DNA of 64,000 nt, taken from IMG/VR virus record IMGVR_UViG_3300044475_000054, positions 1 to 64,000 of that record; one strand, 5' to 3'. The notes beneath the pieces are model-generated. The model ran no database searches, was not told the DNA's origin, and worked only from the letters and a program-made list of their open reading frames with translations. Shown here in pieces: positions 45,798 through 56,169 of the stretch. Source of the DNA: a virus. Lineage: Duplodnaviria > Heunggongvirae > Uroviricota > Caudoviricetes. A program made the translations under genes and the position numbers. Numbering within the stretch: position 1 is the stretch's first letter; each line of letters opens with the position of its first letter.

Positions 45798-46184
45798 GTG
45801 ATTATGGATATGCAATCTAACCGCTTCAAATCAGGTGCTAAAAGACTGATCGATAAGCATGGAAAGACAAGAGTGTATGAAGCTATTGGTGAAGAAATTT
45901 ATAACCAAGATACACAAACAGTAGAGACAACTACTACTCTGCACACAATCAAGATGTTTGAGACAGAACCAAAGTATAGAGAAGTTAAATCACCTAACCT
46001 TGTAGGTAAGAAACTAACAGCTTATTTGATAGCAACTTGTGATCTTCCTGTAAGACCTAAAGTTGGCGATAAGATTACTGATATGTTCTTAGGTGTAGAT
46101 GAATCTGTTGAAGTATTAGACTTTACACACTATGAAGGTTTTGGTGAAGTGTGTATGTGGCGTGTTCTCTGTGTGAGTGTGTAA
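45798..46184 (+). CDS. head-tail joining protein (putative)
   Basis: Position. RBS aaggtagtgattATG. Confidence 0.4.
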   Translation: MIMDMQSNRFKSGAKRLIDKHGKTRVYEAIGEEIYNQDTQTVETTTTLHTIKMFETEPKYREVKSPNLVGKKLTAYLIATCDLPVRPKVGDKITDMFLGVDESVEVLDFTHYEGFGEVCMWRVLCVSV

Positions 46185-46659
46185 TATGGCTATATACAAT
46201 GGTTCAAAAGGTATTGCTGCATTAAAGGAAAAGATTGCTCTTAAGTCAAAACTACTTGTTGGTGAATCTGTTGAAAAGATTACGATAACACTAGTTGATG
46301 ATAGCCCTTTGGGTGCTCCGTATTACCAGTCTAAACAAGGTTTAGTTGTCAACGATGTAGGTGACTTTAAGAACTCTTGGAGCGTTGGTTTAGGGTCTAT
46401 TGATCCAACAATACGTCCAGCAGATACAGAGGGTACAGCAGCAGTTGTGGATGCCATAATCAAGGGTAAGTTATACAACCTACAAGATGAAGTATATATC
46501 ACAAACAGTAAAGAATATGCACAACAAGTAGAAGAGGGTTGGGAGGATAAGCCTTACTTCGGTTGGAAAGCGAAAGGTGGTTATCACGTAGTTGGTAATA
46601 ACACAGGAACAGCAGTAGCTATCTTAGAAGCTGTAGCACAAAAGGTTAGTAAACTGTGA
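46177..46659 (+). CDS. tail completion / neck protein (putative)
   Basis: Position. Overlapping start. Confidence 0.4.
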   Translation: MCNMAIYNGSKGIAALKEKIALKSKLLVGESVEKITITLVDDSPLGAPYYQSKQGLVVNDVGDFKNSWSVGLGSIDPTIRPADTEGTAAVVDAIIKGKLYNLQDEVYITNSKEYAQQVEEGWEDKPYFGWKAKGGYHVVGNNTGTAVAILEAVAQKVSKL

Positions 46660-46668
46660 GGTGTTTAG

Positions 46669-47085
46669 ATGTCACAAAAGAATATTAGAAAAGCCTTTCA
46701 AAACAAATTAACTTCAATGCCTTTAGGATTAGGTTCATCTAAAACAGCTTTTGAGAATGTGACATATGCTCCCAAAGTTGGTGAAGCTTATCAACGTACC
46801 GTATTAGCTCCAATTACTCCTGAGAACCCAACTCTGGGTGATGGTTATTTCCGTGAAGTAGGTTTTTATCAAGTTGTCTTATCTTACCCTAAAGGTGAAG
46901 GTGCGGGACGTATTTCCGATATGGCAGAGCTTGTGCAAGATTATTTTAAAAGAGGAACAACGTTAGTTGAAGGTTCAGATAAAATAATAGTAGATAGGAC
47001 TCCGCAAATATCCCCTATCTACATCAACGACAATAGAGCAGAGATTACAATAAGAATTAGATACTACTCAGAGCAGTTTGTTTAG
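46669..47085 (+). CDS. tail terminator-like protein (putative)
   Basis: Position immediately upstream of the major tail protein. RBS gaggtgtttagATG. Confidence 0.4.
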   Translation: MSQKNIRKAFQNKLTSMPLGLGSSKTAFENVTYAPKVGEAYQRTVLAPITPENPTLGDGYFREVGFYQVVLSYPKGEGAGRISDMAELVQDYFKRGTTLVEGSDKIIVDRTPQISPIYINDNRAEITIRIRYYSEQFV

Positions 47086-47162
47086 GCAAACAATTCAATT
47101 AATAATTCAATCTCTAATTTAAAATAATTTTAACAATTACACAATAATTTTTGGAGTAAATA

Positions 47163-48368
47163 ATGGCAACAGCTTCAGGTATTAATAAAATAGTATCTTA
47201 CAAGAAAGAGACTGCTTTTGGCGAATTACCTACAGTAACAACTGGTGGACAAACAATTCGCCGAGTATCGTCTACTTTCAACTTAACAAAAGAAACTTAT
47301 CAATCAGAAGAGATTCGTACAGACTACCAGTTAGTTGATTTCCGTCATGGTGTACGTGCTGTAGAAGGAAGTTTATCAGGTGAGCTTAGTGCTGGTACTT
47401 ATGCAGACTTCTTGGCTTCTGCTCTAGCTCGTAACTGGACAGCAGCTACTCCATCAGCTTTAGGTAGTACAACTATCGCTTCAGTTGGTGGTACATATAC
47501 AATTACTCGTACAACAGGTAGTTGGTTAACTGATGCGGTTCGTGTAGGTAGTGTTATTCGTTTAACAGGTTTCGCTACAGCAAACAACGATGCTAACTTA
47601 CTTGTCATCGCTTTAACAGCAACAGTAGCAACTGTAGTAGCTCTAAACAGCGTAGCACTAACTCCTGAGACAGTAGCTTCTGGTGGTGCATTTACAGCAA
47701 CAGGTAAAACAACTTACGCTCCTACAACTGGTCATACAGATGATTCATACACATTTGAAGAATGGTATGCGGATATTGGTCAGTCAGAAGTAACTGTTGG
47801 TAATAAGGTTAACACTGTTGGTATCGCACTCCCTGCAACTGGTTTAACAACTATTGATCTTGCTTTCATGGGTCAAGATTTAAAACAACGTGGTACATCA
47901 CAATTCTTCACTTCTCCAACTACTCAAAATACTAACGGTATCTTTGCAGCAGTAAATGGTGCTTTGATTGTAAATGGTGCTCCTGTTGCTCTTGTTACTG
48001 GTGCTAACTTTAACATCAACCGTAACATGACTTCTGAAGCAGTTGTTGGTAGTAACATTCGTCCAGAAATCTATGAAGGTCGTATTATTGTAGATGGTGA
48101 TTTCACCACATTATTCCAAGATGGTACATTCGCTGGTTACTTTGATGAAGAGACAGAGATTAGTTTAGTTGTTGCATTAACTGCTAACAGTTTACCAAAC
48201 TCTGAGTTTATGTCTTTCACTATCCCACGTCTTAAACTGTCTACTGACACTAAAGATGATGGTGAGAAAGGTATCGTTTCTTCTAACTCATTCCAAGCAC
48301 TTAAAGGTACTGGAGCGAATGGTTTTGAAGCAACTACTCTAATGATCCAAGATTCTACTCTTGTATAA
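47163..48368 (+). CDS. major tail protein
   Basis: 401 aa, Thr/Ala/Gly-rich. Upstream of the chaperone genes and the tape measure, with a perfect terminator hairpin after it. RBS tggagtaaataATG. Confidence 0.55.
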   Translation: MATASGINKIVSYKKETAFGELPTVTTGGQTIRRVSSTFNLTKETYQSEEIRTDYQLVDFRHGVRAVEGSLSGELSAGTYADFLASALARNWTAATPSALGSTTIASVGGTYTITRTTGSWLTDAVRVGSVIRLTGFATANNDANLLVIALTATVATVVALNSVALTPETVASGGAFTATGKTTYAPTTGHTDDSYTFEEWYADIGQSEVTVGNKVNTVGIALPATGLTTIDLAFMGQDLKQRGTSQFFTSPTTQNTNGIFAAVNGALIVNGAPVALVTGANFNINRNMTSEAVVGSNIRPEIYEGRIIVDGDFTTLFQDGTFAGYFDEETEISLVVALTANSLPNSEFMSFTIPRLKLSTDTKDDGEKGIVSSNSFQALKGTGANGFEATTLMIQDSTLV

Positions 48369-48380
48369 CAAATAACAACA

Positions 48381-48420
48381 GAGGGGTGAAAGTCCCCTCC
48401 TTTGATACTTTTATATTTTA
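48381..48420 (+). terminator. rho-independent terminator gagggg-tgaaagt-cccctc
   Basis: Perfect 6-bp GC stem with a 7-nt loop, then a T-rich tail. Confidence 0.6.
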
Positions 48421-48426
48421 TTTATT

Positions 48427-48846
48427 TTGAGGAAACACAACATGGCTTTTGATATTAAACTAACTAACTTAGCAGAACAAGCTGAAGCTGGTCACGAATT
48501 TGAAGTGAAGCTACCTGATGGTAGTTCAACTGACTTCTTCATTACTGTGCGTGGTAACTTATCACCAAAGATGAAGAAATACAGTAAAGATTTATTTAAT
48601 AAAATGCAGATGAAAGAACTGCAAGCTAAACGTCGAGGTAAAGGTGAACAACCTATCGACTTAGAAGAAGCAGAACAAACTCTTATTGAATCAGCAGTAG
48701 CACGTATCGTTACTTGGAAAGGTTTAGAAGATGGTGGTAAGGTCGTAGAACCTACTCCTGAAAACATTAAACGCATTATGCAAGAACTAGACTGGGTACG
48801 TGGACAAGTTTTAGAAGAAAGTGACAATGCTGCAAATTTCATCTAA
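48427..48846 (+). CDS. tail assembly chaperone (G-like)
   Basis: 139-aa acidic protein directly upstream of the tape measure. Its 3' end carries an A_AAU_UUC slippery heptamer (48834-48840) and overlaps the -1 frame ORF. Confidence 0.5.
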   Translation: MRKHNMAFDIKLTNLAEQAEAGHEFEVKLPDGSSTDFFITVRGNLSPKMKKYSKDLFNKMQMKELQAKRRGKGEQPIDLEEAEQTLIESAVARIVTWKGLEDGGKVVEPTPENIKRIMQELDWVRGQVLEESDNAANFI

Positions 48847-49253
48847 GCAATATTCTTGATGACTGTATTGAGTATTGCCAATATCAGATTGAACACACTC
48901 AGAAAGCATCTGATGGATCAACTGTAAATGAACACTTAGAGGCAGCTAAGGATAACCCTTTCCTTGCCTCAATGGGTGGTCATCAAAAGATATTACAAGA
49001 AGCAACAGAAGAACCTCCATTACTTCCAAGTGCTGCTCAATTTGCATGGACGTATTTCTTACGTTTAAATCAAACGAGGCAGTCAGGAGGTTTTGGAGGT
49101 TTTTGTGCTATCAGCTACCAAGAAATGTTAGCGTTCTTCACCTTAGAAGACGTATCACCTGAACCTTATGAATTAGAGTTGATTAGGGTGTGGGATAGAA
49201 TGTGGTTAGAACACCATAATAAAGAACAAGAAAATCAAAACAAGAAGAATTAA
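48825..49253 (+). CDS. tail assembly chaperone frameshift extension (GT-like T domain, -1 frame)
   Basis: The -1 frame is open from 48825 and overlaps the G stop by 21 nt. Slippery site AAATTTC. Confidence 0.4.
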   Translation, partial: QCCKFHLSNILDDCIEYCQYQIEHTQKASDGSTVNEHLEAAKDNPFLASMGGHQKILQEATEEPPLLPSAAQFAWTYFLRLNQTRQSGGFGGFCAISYQEMLAFFTLEDVSPEPYELELIRVWDRMWLEHHNKEQENQNKKN

Positions 49254-49275
49254 GATTGTTACGTGAGGAAATATT

Positions 49276-52200
49276 ATGGATTTAGTTCACATTGGTTTTA
49301 AGGTAACTCCTGAAGGTTTAAAAGAAGCTAACACACAAGTAAACAAGCTTCTTGATAACGTTGATCAGATTGGTACAAAAGGTAAGAAGTCTTCTTCTGA
49401 GTTTGTAGACGGTCAAAAGAAAGTTAACGATTCATTAGGTAAAACTAAGAAGGGTACTGAGGATGTTCTTGGTGCTCAAAATAAACAGATTGATGCATAC
49501 AAGAAGTTACTTAACTTAGAACAAACTCGTGCTAAATACATCTCACAAGGGTTTGGTAAAACTGACGCTACTCGTATCTCTAGGATGGAAATTAGTGGTG
49601 CAGATACAACAACTTTAAACAATTATAAAAAAGCAATTGAAGAGACTAACAAAGCTGCTCAAGCTCTTAGACCTTCTTTTGAGAAAGTGACAGAAAGTCA
49701 TAACAAGTTTCTAGATTCGGTTAAAGGTATTGCTATTTATGCTGCTCTATCTGCTGCAATCTATGGTGTTATGACAGCAACGACTAACTTAGCAGTAGCT
49801 ACAGTAAAAATGGCAGATGAATATACAGCTATTCAGAACCGTATGAAGCTATACATTAGTGATGCACAAGAACTAAGTAAGGTTAACAGACAATTAGCTC
49901 AATTCTCAACAGAGAATAACGTAGGGTTGAGAGAGACAGCAACTTTATTCTCACGCCTTGCACCATCTATGCAGAAGCTTGGAGCTAACACAGCAGCTAT
50001 TACAACTGTTGTAGATGCTTTTGGTAAGTCTATGCGTATTGGTGGAGCTACAGCAATGGAAGCTGCATCAGCAACTATTCAGTTCTCACAAGCAATGGCA
50101 TCAGGTAAATTAGCTGGTGATGAATTTAGGTCTATCTCAGAAGCATCTCCACGTTTCCTTAAAGCTATTGCTGAAGGTAGTGGTATTGCAGCAGATAAGC
50201 TTAAAGAGATGTCATCTGCTGGTATGTTGACAACTCAAGTTATCTCTAAAGCACTATTAAAAGAATACCCTAAACTAATTGAAGAAAACAAGAAGTTAGG
50301 TGTAACCTTAGAACAAGGCGCTAACGCAATCAAGACAGGGTTCTTAGTCGCTATTGGTGAGTTCAACGAAGGTGCTGGTATTACTAAAGCTCTTGGTGAA
50401 GCTATGATGGATTTAGCTCAAGGGATGTTAGTTGGTGCTCAGAATGCTCGTCAGTTTGGTAAAGACATTAGTTCTTGGTTCTCTGATAATGCAGGGTTAA
50501 TTAATGGTGTAGCAGAGGCATTCAAAGCTCTAGCTGTAATCATTGCAACTCGTTATGTAGTATCTGTTGTATTAGCTACTAAAGAATCTGTTCGCTACCA
50601 ATTAGCTTTACTTGGTATGTCAGCACAACAAGCTAACGTAACTCGTTCAGCTACCATTATGACAACAGCAATCAATGGTGTTAGCGCAGCTATGAAAGGA
50701 GTCTTAGGATTCTTTGGTGGTTGGGCAGGATTAGCTTTAACAGTTGTTGGTGTAGCATCTTCTTATTTATTAATGAGAGATAATGCTGCTCAAGCAAATA
50801 CAAAACTTGTCGAACAATCTGAGTATGCTAATAAAGCCACTTCTGAATTAAGTAAGTTGAATGCTGAACAGAAGAAGAATGCAGGGTTTAAACTAACCTT
50901 AGATATTAGTGAAGCAAATGCTAACTTAGAGAAAGCTCAAAGTAGCTATGTTGCGTTAGTTCAAGTAATGTCTAAAACATCTTGGACAGGTAGATTCTCT
51001 AAAGAAGTTAATAATGTAGCTAAAGCTGTAAATGATGGAACAATGTCATTTGATGCAGCTACACGTAAACTCTTAGAGATGGGTGCAATCAGTGAAGAAC
51101 AAGCGCAGAAATTAAACAAGCAAACTGGTATCTACAATGAAGCTGCTAACAGTGCAGGGTTGTTGAGTAAAGCAGCACAAGCTCTTGGTGTTGATTTTAA
51201 ACTTGGTGGTAATGAGGCACAGAATGCTACTCCTGCTATTACTAGTCTTAAAGATCAAACTAAGCAGTTAGGTGATGAAGCTGTTATCACTGGTAGCAAG
51301 TTTAACAAGATGGCAGATGATTTAAAGAAAGCTGCTGATGATAGTCGTTCAGTTCTTGCTGTAATGAAGCAGTATAACTTAGATGCATCGTTTGCTGAGA
51401 AGTTAGTTAAATCATCACAAGCTCGTTTTAACTCAACTCAAGGTAATATTGATTCAACTTTAGAGAAGATTAAAGCTACAGAGAAATTACTTAGTCGTTT
51501 AGATAAGAATGATCCAGCAAGAGCTAAAGTCGAAGAAACTTTAAAACAAGCAAAAGCTTCATTAAAGGTTGCTCAAGAAGCTGTTAATCTCGGTAAGCAA
51601 GCAGATATGCGTAACTTAGCTCCTTTAGCTTTAGACGCTCAGAATGCAGCACAAGCTGTTTCTGATCTTACAGCATCTCGTAAAGAAGATGATAAGCTAA
51701 CAAACAAAGAGTTAAAGAATCGTGAAAAGATTATCGCAGGATATGAAGATCAAGTTGCTTATGTAGGTCGTATTCAACAACTTCTCGCACAAGGCGTTGA
51801 CTATGAGATCGCTAAAGTTGCAGCTTCTAAAGACTACTTTGAAAATATTCAAGGTACAGCTTTAGCTCAGCAAGTTATTCTCGCACAGCAAACCCAAAAA
51901 CGTCTTGACTATGTTGCAGCATTATCAGAAGAAGAAGACATTCAGAATAGAACTGTCCAACTTCAAATGAAAGGTGCGTCATATGCTCAAGCTCGTGCAA
52001 TAGCTGAGGCAGGATTTAGAAGTGATGCTGAAGGTTTGTACACTTTAGAGAAACAAATCACTAATGAGTTGTTTACAAGAAACTACCAACAAGGTGATGC
52101 TGTTGCCTTACAAGGTGATATAAATAAGCTTTTAAAACAAGGTTTAAGCCTCGAAGAAGCTACATTAGAAGCTACATTCAAACGTCTATCTGAAGTCAGA

Positions 52201-55185
52201 GGTGGTCTATCTGATGAGCAGAAAGGTTTGAAAGATAAGTTGATGCAACAAGGGAAGATTCAGAAAGCGCAAGCTGCTGAGATGCAAACCACTTTGAGTT
52301 TATCTAGCTTAGAGAAACAAAGGCAAGCTTACTTGACTGCTCAAGTTGATGGTTATGTTAAGCTAGCTAAGAATATTGCTATTGCAAATAAGCTTGCTTC
52401 AAATCCTGACTTAACTCCTGCACAAGCTAAGAGATTAGTTGAAGCTGAAGAACTGTTAAGTTTTGAAAAAGACATGGCTTCTCTTAAGATGCAAACTTAT
52501 ATTGCAACTCTTAATGAGAGTGAAGAGGTGAAGCAACTACTTGGCACTTACACATCACTGACAGGCGTACAAATTGGACAATATGATCGTCAACAAAAGA
52601 TTCTTGCGATCAGTAAAGAGTTATCTGCTGAAGCTGAAAAGCAACGTAATAACCCTCTTGGTGATTTTAGCAATATTAGTTTTGATGTGTTTGGTGATAT
52701 TGGTAATCCGTTTGAAGCTGCTCTAAATGGTTTGAATGAGTTCCTTGCAAGAACACAAGAAAGTCGTGGTTTATTAGCTTCTCTTGAGGAAGATATTGTT
52801 AGTGCTAAGCAAGCAGGGTTGGATGTTACTAACTTAGAGTTAGAGAAGAATCAACTCCTTACTAAACAAGAACAAGATCGTAGTAAAGCTGTTGATCAAG
52901 GTATTACAAACGCTTTGTCTTTAACTAAGTCTATGTTCAACGAAGAGAGTAAAGGTTACAAGGTTGTCAGTAAGCTAGAAAAAGCTTACCAAGCATCTAA
53001 GATTGCATTTGCTTTATGGCAGAAGAAAGACGCTATTGCTATGTTAGCTTTAGAGTTGAAAGGTATGTTAACTTCTGCTGCTACATTTGTCACTACTACA
53101 GCAACTAAACTTGCTGCTCAGTTAGGATTTAACGTAGCTAAAGGAACAGAAGCAGTATTAACACAAGGTAGTGGTGATCCGTACACAGCATTCCCTCGTA
53201 TGGCAGCTATGGCTGCTGCTGTAGCTGCATTAGGTGTAGTTATTGGTAGTATCTCTGGTGGAAGTACAGGAAGCTTTACAGCAGCGAATAACGGTACAGG
53301 AACAGTGTTTGGTGATTCAGAGGCACAATCAGCTAGTATTGCTAACTCGATTGATCTGTTATCTGAGAATAGTGATTTAATGCTTCCACTAACTTCTGCA
53401 ATGTTACGTTCTTTGAGAAACATTGAAAGTAGTATTGGTGGCGTTACTAACTTAATTCTTCGTCAAGAAACAGGACAAGGATTTAATATTGTTGAAGGGT
53501 TCAATCAGAACGCTATTGGAGGTTTCCTTGAGAAAGCTGGTAATTCGTTCTTTGCAGGGATTGGCGACTTCTTAGGTGTTAACAAAATGCTTGGTGGTTT
53601 ACTAGGCGGTTTGTTTGGTTCTAAGACAACAGTTAAAGGACAAGGTTTATTTGGTGGAGCACAAAGCTTAGGTGACATCTTATCAGGTGGTTTTGATTTA
53701 CAAGAATATGTAGATGTTCAAGTGAAGAATAAATCATTCGGTGTAACAACTTCAACTAAGAACAAGACGAAGTTTGCTGAAGCAAATAAAGAGCTAGAGA
53801 AACAGTTTACACTAATCTTTGGTGGTTTCTATGATTCTATTCTTTCCGCTACAGATATTCTTGGAGCTAACACTGATGAAGTTAAAACTAAGTTAGAGAA
53901 CGCTATTATCAAGATCGGTAAGATTAACCTTAAAGGTCTTAATGGTGAGCAAATCCAAGAGAAGTTAGAAGCTGTTTTTGGTGCTGCTGCTGATAGTTTA
54001 GCTCAACAAGGCTTTGCTGGTTTAGAAGACTTCCAAACTGTAGGTGAGGGTTACTACGAAACACTGATTAAGGTTGCAACTGGCGTAGAACAAGCTAAAT
54101 ACTTTACAGACCGTTTAAACGTAACAGCTATTGAGTATACAGACATCTTGAATAAACAAGGTGACGTAGCTGCTGAGATTGTCCGTCAATCTGTGTTATT
54201 AAACAACAGTACGAAAGACATCAAAGGTGGTTTCTATGATTTAGTTAATTCGTTTGATGGTACTGCTGAAGAGCTTACAGATTTTGTATTAACGTTACGT
54301 GACCTACAAGATCAACTGTTCATGACAGGTAAGAATGCAGATTACTTAACATCTTCAATGATTTTAGGTGCTGGTGGATTAGATAGTTTAGCTAGTGGTT
54401 TAGATGCTTACTTTGAAATGTTATCTCCTGCTGAACAAGCTGCTGAGTTGACACGTAGATTGACAAATGAGTTTGCTATCTTTGGTAAGGAATTACCAGC
54501 AGATGTAAAAGCATTTAGAAACTTAGTAAGTAGTATCGACATTAGTACGGAAGCTGGTCAAAAGCTTTATGGTCAAATAATTGCATTAGCTCCTGAGTTC
54601 AACGATCTTCAAGATGCTATTAAGAATGCAAATGGTGATGTGAATGCTCTTGTACAATCTCTTCGTGATTTAGCTGAACAAGCTAGAGCTGCTAGAGGTG
54701 AAACAGAACAACCACGTAACCTTGCATACTTGCGCAATGAGTTCAATAAAGCCTCTGAGCTAGCTTTACAGGGCGATACGGAAGCTGCTGCTAGACTTGT
54801 ATCACTTGGTAAAGACTTGATGTCTATGAGTAAGCTATACGCTGTATCAGGTAGTGATTATGCTAGAGACTTAGCTTTCATTCAAGGTATTGCTTCTGCT
54901 GTAGCTGATATGCAAGAGTCTGGATTAGGTACTTCAATTAGTCCTGACCTTAAACCATCGACAACAACAGGAACAACTACACCAACAGTTGAAACAGTGA
55001 ATAACTCGACAGATGCTCGTTTAGACGCTTTATCTGAGAAGTTAGAAGCAGGGTTGTTTGCAATTGCTAAATATGCCCAAGTTACTGCAACTAAGTTGGA
55101 AAACTGGGATGATGGTAATCGTATGATGGTTGGTATTCAACCTGAGAATGGTGATACACCTGTGCCAGTTGTTGTTACACCTTAG
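49276..55185 (+). CDS. tape measure protein (1969 aa)
   Basis: Very long, alpha-helical and Ala/Gln/Lys-rich, with internal Gly-rich segments, in the canonical position. RBS acgtgaggaaatattATG. Confidence 0.8.
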   Translation: MDLVHIGFKVTPEGLKEANTQVNKLLDNVDQIGTKGKKSSSEFVDGQKKVNDSLGKTKKGTEDVLGAQNKQIDAYKKLLNLEQTRAKYISQGFGKTDATRISRMEISGADTTTLNNYKKAIEETNKAAQALRPSFEKVTESHNKFLDSVKGIAIYAALSAAIYGVMTATTNLAVATVKMADEYTAIQNRMKLYISDAQELSKVNRQLAQFSTENNVGLRETATLFSRLAPSMQKLGANTAAITTVVDAFGKSMRIGGATAMEAASATIQFSQAMASGKLAGDEFRSISEASPRFLKAIAEGSGIAADKLKEMSSAGMLTTQVISKALLKEYPKLIEENKKLGVTLEQGANAIKTGFLVAIGEFNEGAGITKALGEAMMDLAQGMLVGAQNARQFGKDISSWFSDNAGLINGVAEAFKALAVIIATRYVVSVVLATKESVRYQLALLGMSAQQANVTRSATIMTTAINGVSAAMKGVLGFFGGWAGLALTVVGVASSYLLMRDNAAQANTKLVEQSEYANKATSELSKLNAEQKKNAGFKLTLDISEANANLEKAQSSYVALVQVMSKTSWTGRFSKEVNNVAKAVNDGTMSFDAATRKLLEMGAISEEQAQKLNKQTGIYNEAANSAGLLSKAAQALGVDFKLGGNEAQNATPAITSLKDQTKQLGDEAVITGSKFNKMADDLKKAADDSRSVLAVMKQYNLDASFAEKLVKSSQARFNSTQGNIDSTLEKIKATEKLLSRLDKNDPARAKVEETLKQAKASLKVAQEAVNLGKQADMRNLAPLALDAQNAAQAVSDLTASRKEDDKLTNKELKNREKIIAGYEDQVAYVGRIQQLLAQGVDYEIAKVAASKDYFENIQGTALAQQVILAQQTQKRLDYVAALSEEEDIQNRTVQLQMKGASYAQARAIAEAGFRSDAEGLYTLEKQITNELFTRNYQQGDAVALQGDINKLLKQGLSLEEATLEATFKRLSEVRGGLSDEQKGLKDKLMQQGKIQKAQAAEMQTTLSLSSLEKQRQAYLTAQVDGYVKLAKNIAIANKLASNPDLTPAQAKRLVEAEELLSFEKDMASLKMQTYIATLNESEEVKQLLGTYTSLTGVQIGQYDRQQKILAISKELSAEAEKQRNNPLGDFSNISFDVFGDIGNPFEAALNGLNEFLARTQESRGLLASLEEDIVSAKQAGLDVTNLELEKNQLLTKQEQDRSKAVDQGITNALSLTKSMFNEESKGYKVVSKLEKAYQASKIAFALWQKKDAIAMLALELKGMLTSAATFVTTTATKLAAQLGFNVAKGTEAVLTQGSGDPYTAFPRMAAMAAAVAALGVVIGSISGGSTGSFTAANNGTGTVFGDSEAQSASIANSIDLLSENSDLMLPLTSAMLRSLRNIESSIGGVTNLILRQETGQGFNIVEGFNQNAIGGFLEKAGNSFFAGIGDFLGVNKMLGGLLGGLFGSKTTVKGQGLFGGAQSLGDILSGGFDLQEYVDVQVKNKSFGVTTSTKNKTKFAEANKELEKQFTLIFGGFYDSILSATDILGANTDEVKTKLENAIIKIGKINLKGLNGEQIQEKLEAVFGAAADSLAQQGFAGLEDFQTVGEGYYETLIKVATGVEQAKYFTDRLNVTAIEYTDILNKQGDVAAEIVRQSVLLNNSTKDIKGGFYDLVNSFDGTAEELTDFVLTLRDLQDQLFMTGKNADYLTSSMILGAGGLDSLASGLDAYFEMLSPAEQAAELTRRLTNEFAIFGKELPADVKAFRNLVSSIDISTEAGQKLYGQIIALAPEFNDLQDAIKNANGDVNALVQSLRDLAEQARAARGETEQPRNLAYLRNEFNKASELALQGDTEAAARLVSLGKDLMSMSKLYAVSGSDYARDLAFIQGIASAVADMQESGLGTSISPDLKPSTTTGTTTPTVETVNNSTDARLDALSEKLEAGLFAIAKYAQVTATKLENWDDGNRMMVGIQPENGDTPVPVVVTP

Positions 55186-55209
55186 CGTGGTTTAAACCTT
55201 AAATGTGGA

Positions 55210-55229
55210 GGGAGGGCTTCGGCTCTCCT
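55210..55229 (+). terminator. hairpin gagggc-ttcg-gctctc (same motif as 16996), weak T-tail
   Basis: ggagggcttcggctctcc. Confidence 0.35.
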
Positions 55230-55272
55230 TACATAGTAAATAAACAGAGCACTTAATATTTGAGGAAATTAG

Positions 55273-56169
55273 ATGAGAGTTATTAAAAGTATAGTGACTA
55301 CGGACACTATTCTAACTTCTAGTAACATCCCAGAGGATGAATACCCTGATTGGGTATCTGGTACAAGTTACACTGCTCTGGACAAGGTTATATACGAACA
55401 CAAGATTTATGAAAGGATTGTGACAGGAGCAGGGACAACACCTCCTGACCTAGATCAAATTAATTGGTTGGATACAGGGTACACCAACCGCTACAGAATG
55501 TTTGATAATATTATTTCAAGTGTTAGTAGTCGAACAGGTGGTATTGAGTTTACCCTTACACCAAACCAAATTGTAAACGGAATTGCTTTATTAAATGTAA
55601 ATGCATCTACCGTCAGAGTTGTGATGACCGATCCTGTAGACGGTGTTGTGTATGATAGAACAAAAGAACTCAGATCATCAAGTAATGTTACTGATTACTT
55701 CTCATACTTCTTTGCTCCACTTGTTAATCTTGGTGATTTAGATACAGCAATATTCTTAGACTTACCAAACAAACCTACAGCAACTATAACAGTATATGTT
55801 AGTTCAGGCGCAGCATTAGTAGAAGTTGGTGAAGTTGTATATGGTGTTCAATCCGTAGTAGGTAGAACAAACTATGGTACAGCGATTGGTATCAAATCAT
55901 ATAGTCGTAAAGAAGTTGATGAGTTTGGTAAAGTAACAGTTATTAAACGTAAGAACTCAAAGTATGCTGATTATGATGTAGATATTGACAACGTGAACCT
56001 AGCAAATGTTCAACGTTTATTTGCAGACATTGATTCAGTACCTTGTGTGTTTATTGGTAATCCTGAGATGGAAGAGTTGATTGTTTATGGATTCTATAGT
56101 GATTTTAAAGCAACTATATCATTCCCAACAGTTAGTAAATGTACATTACGTGTAGAGGGGTTAGTATAA
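55273..56169 (+). CDS. distal tail / tail tip protein (putative)
   Basis: First gene after the tape measure. RBS tttgaggaaattagATG. Confidence 0.4.
   Translation: MRVIKSIVTTDTILTSSNIPEDEYPDWVSGTSYTALDKVIYEHKIYERIVTGAGTTPPDLDQINWLDTGYTNRYRMFDNIISSVSSRTGGIEFTLTPNQIVNGIALLNVNASTVRVVMTDPVDGVVYDRTKELRSSSNVTDYFSYFFAPLVNLGDLDTAIFLDLPNKPTATITVYVSSGAALVEVGEVVYGVQSVVGRTNYGTAIGIKSYSRKEVDEFGKVTVIKRKNSKYADYDVDIDNVNLANVQRLFADIDSVPCVFIGNPEMEELIVYGFYSDFKATISFPTVSKCTLRVEGLV

Noticed and set aside
48492-48842. Minus-strand 116-aa ORF overlapping the G-like chaperone gene
   Set aside because: It is antisense to a gene with positional and frameshift-site support.
53118-53423. Minus-strand 101-aa ORF inside the tape measure gene
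   Set aside because: It is antisense to a strongly supported long CDS, with a composition artefact of the Ala/Gly-rich region.
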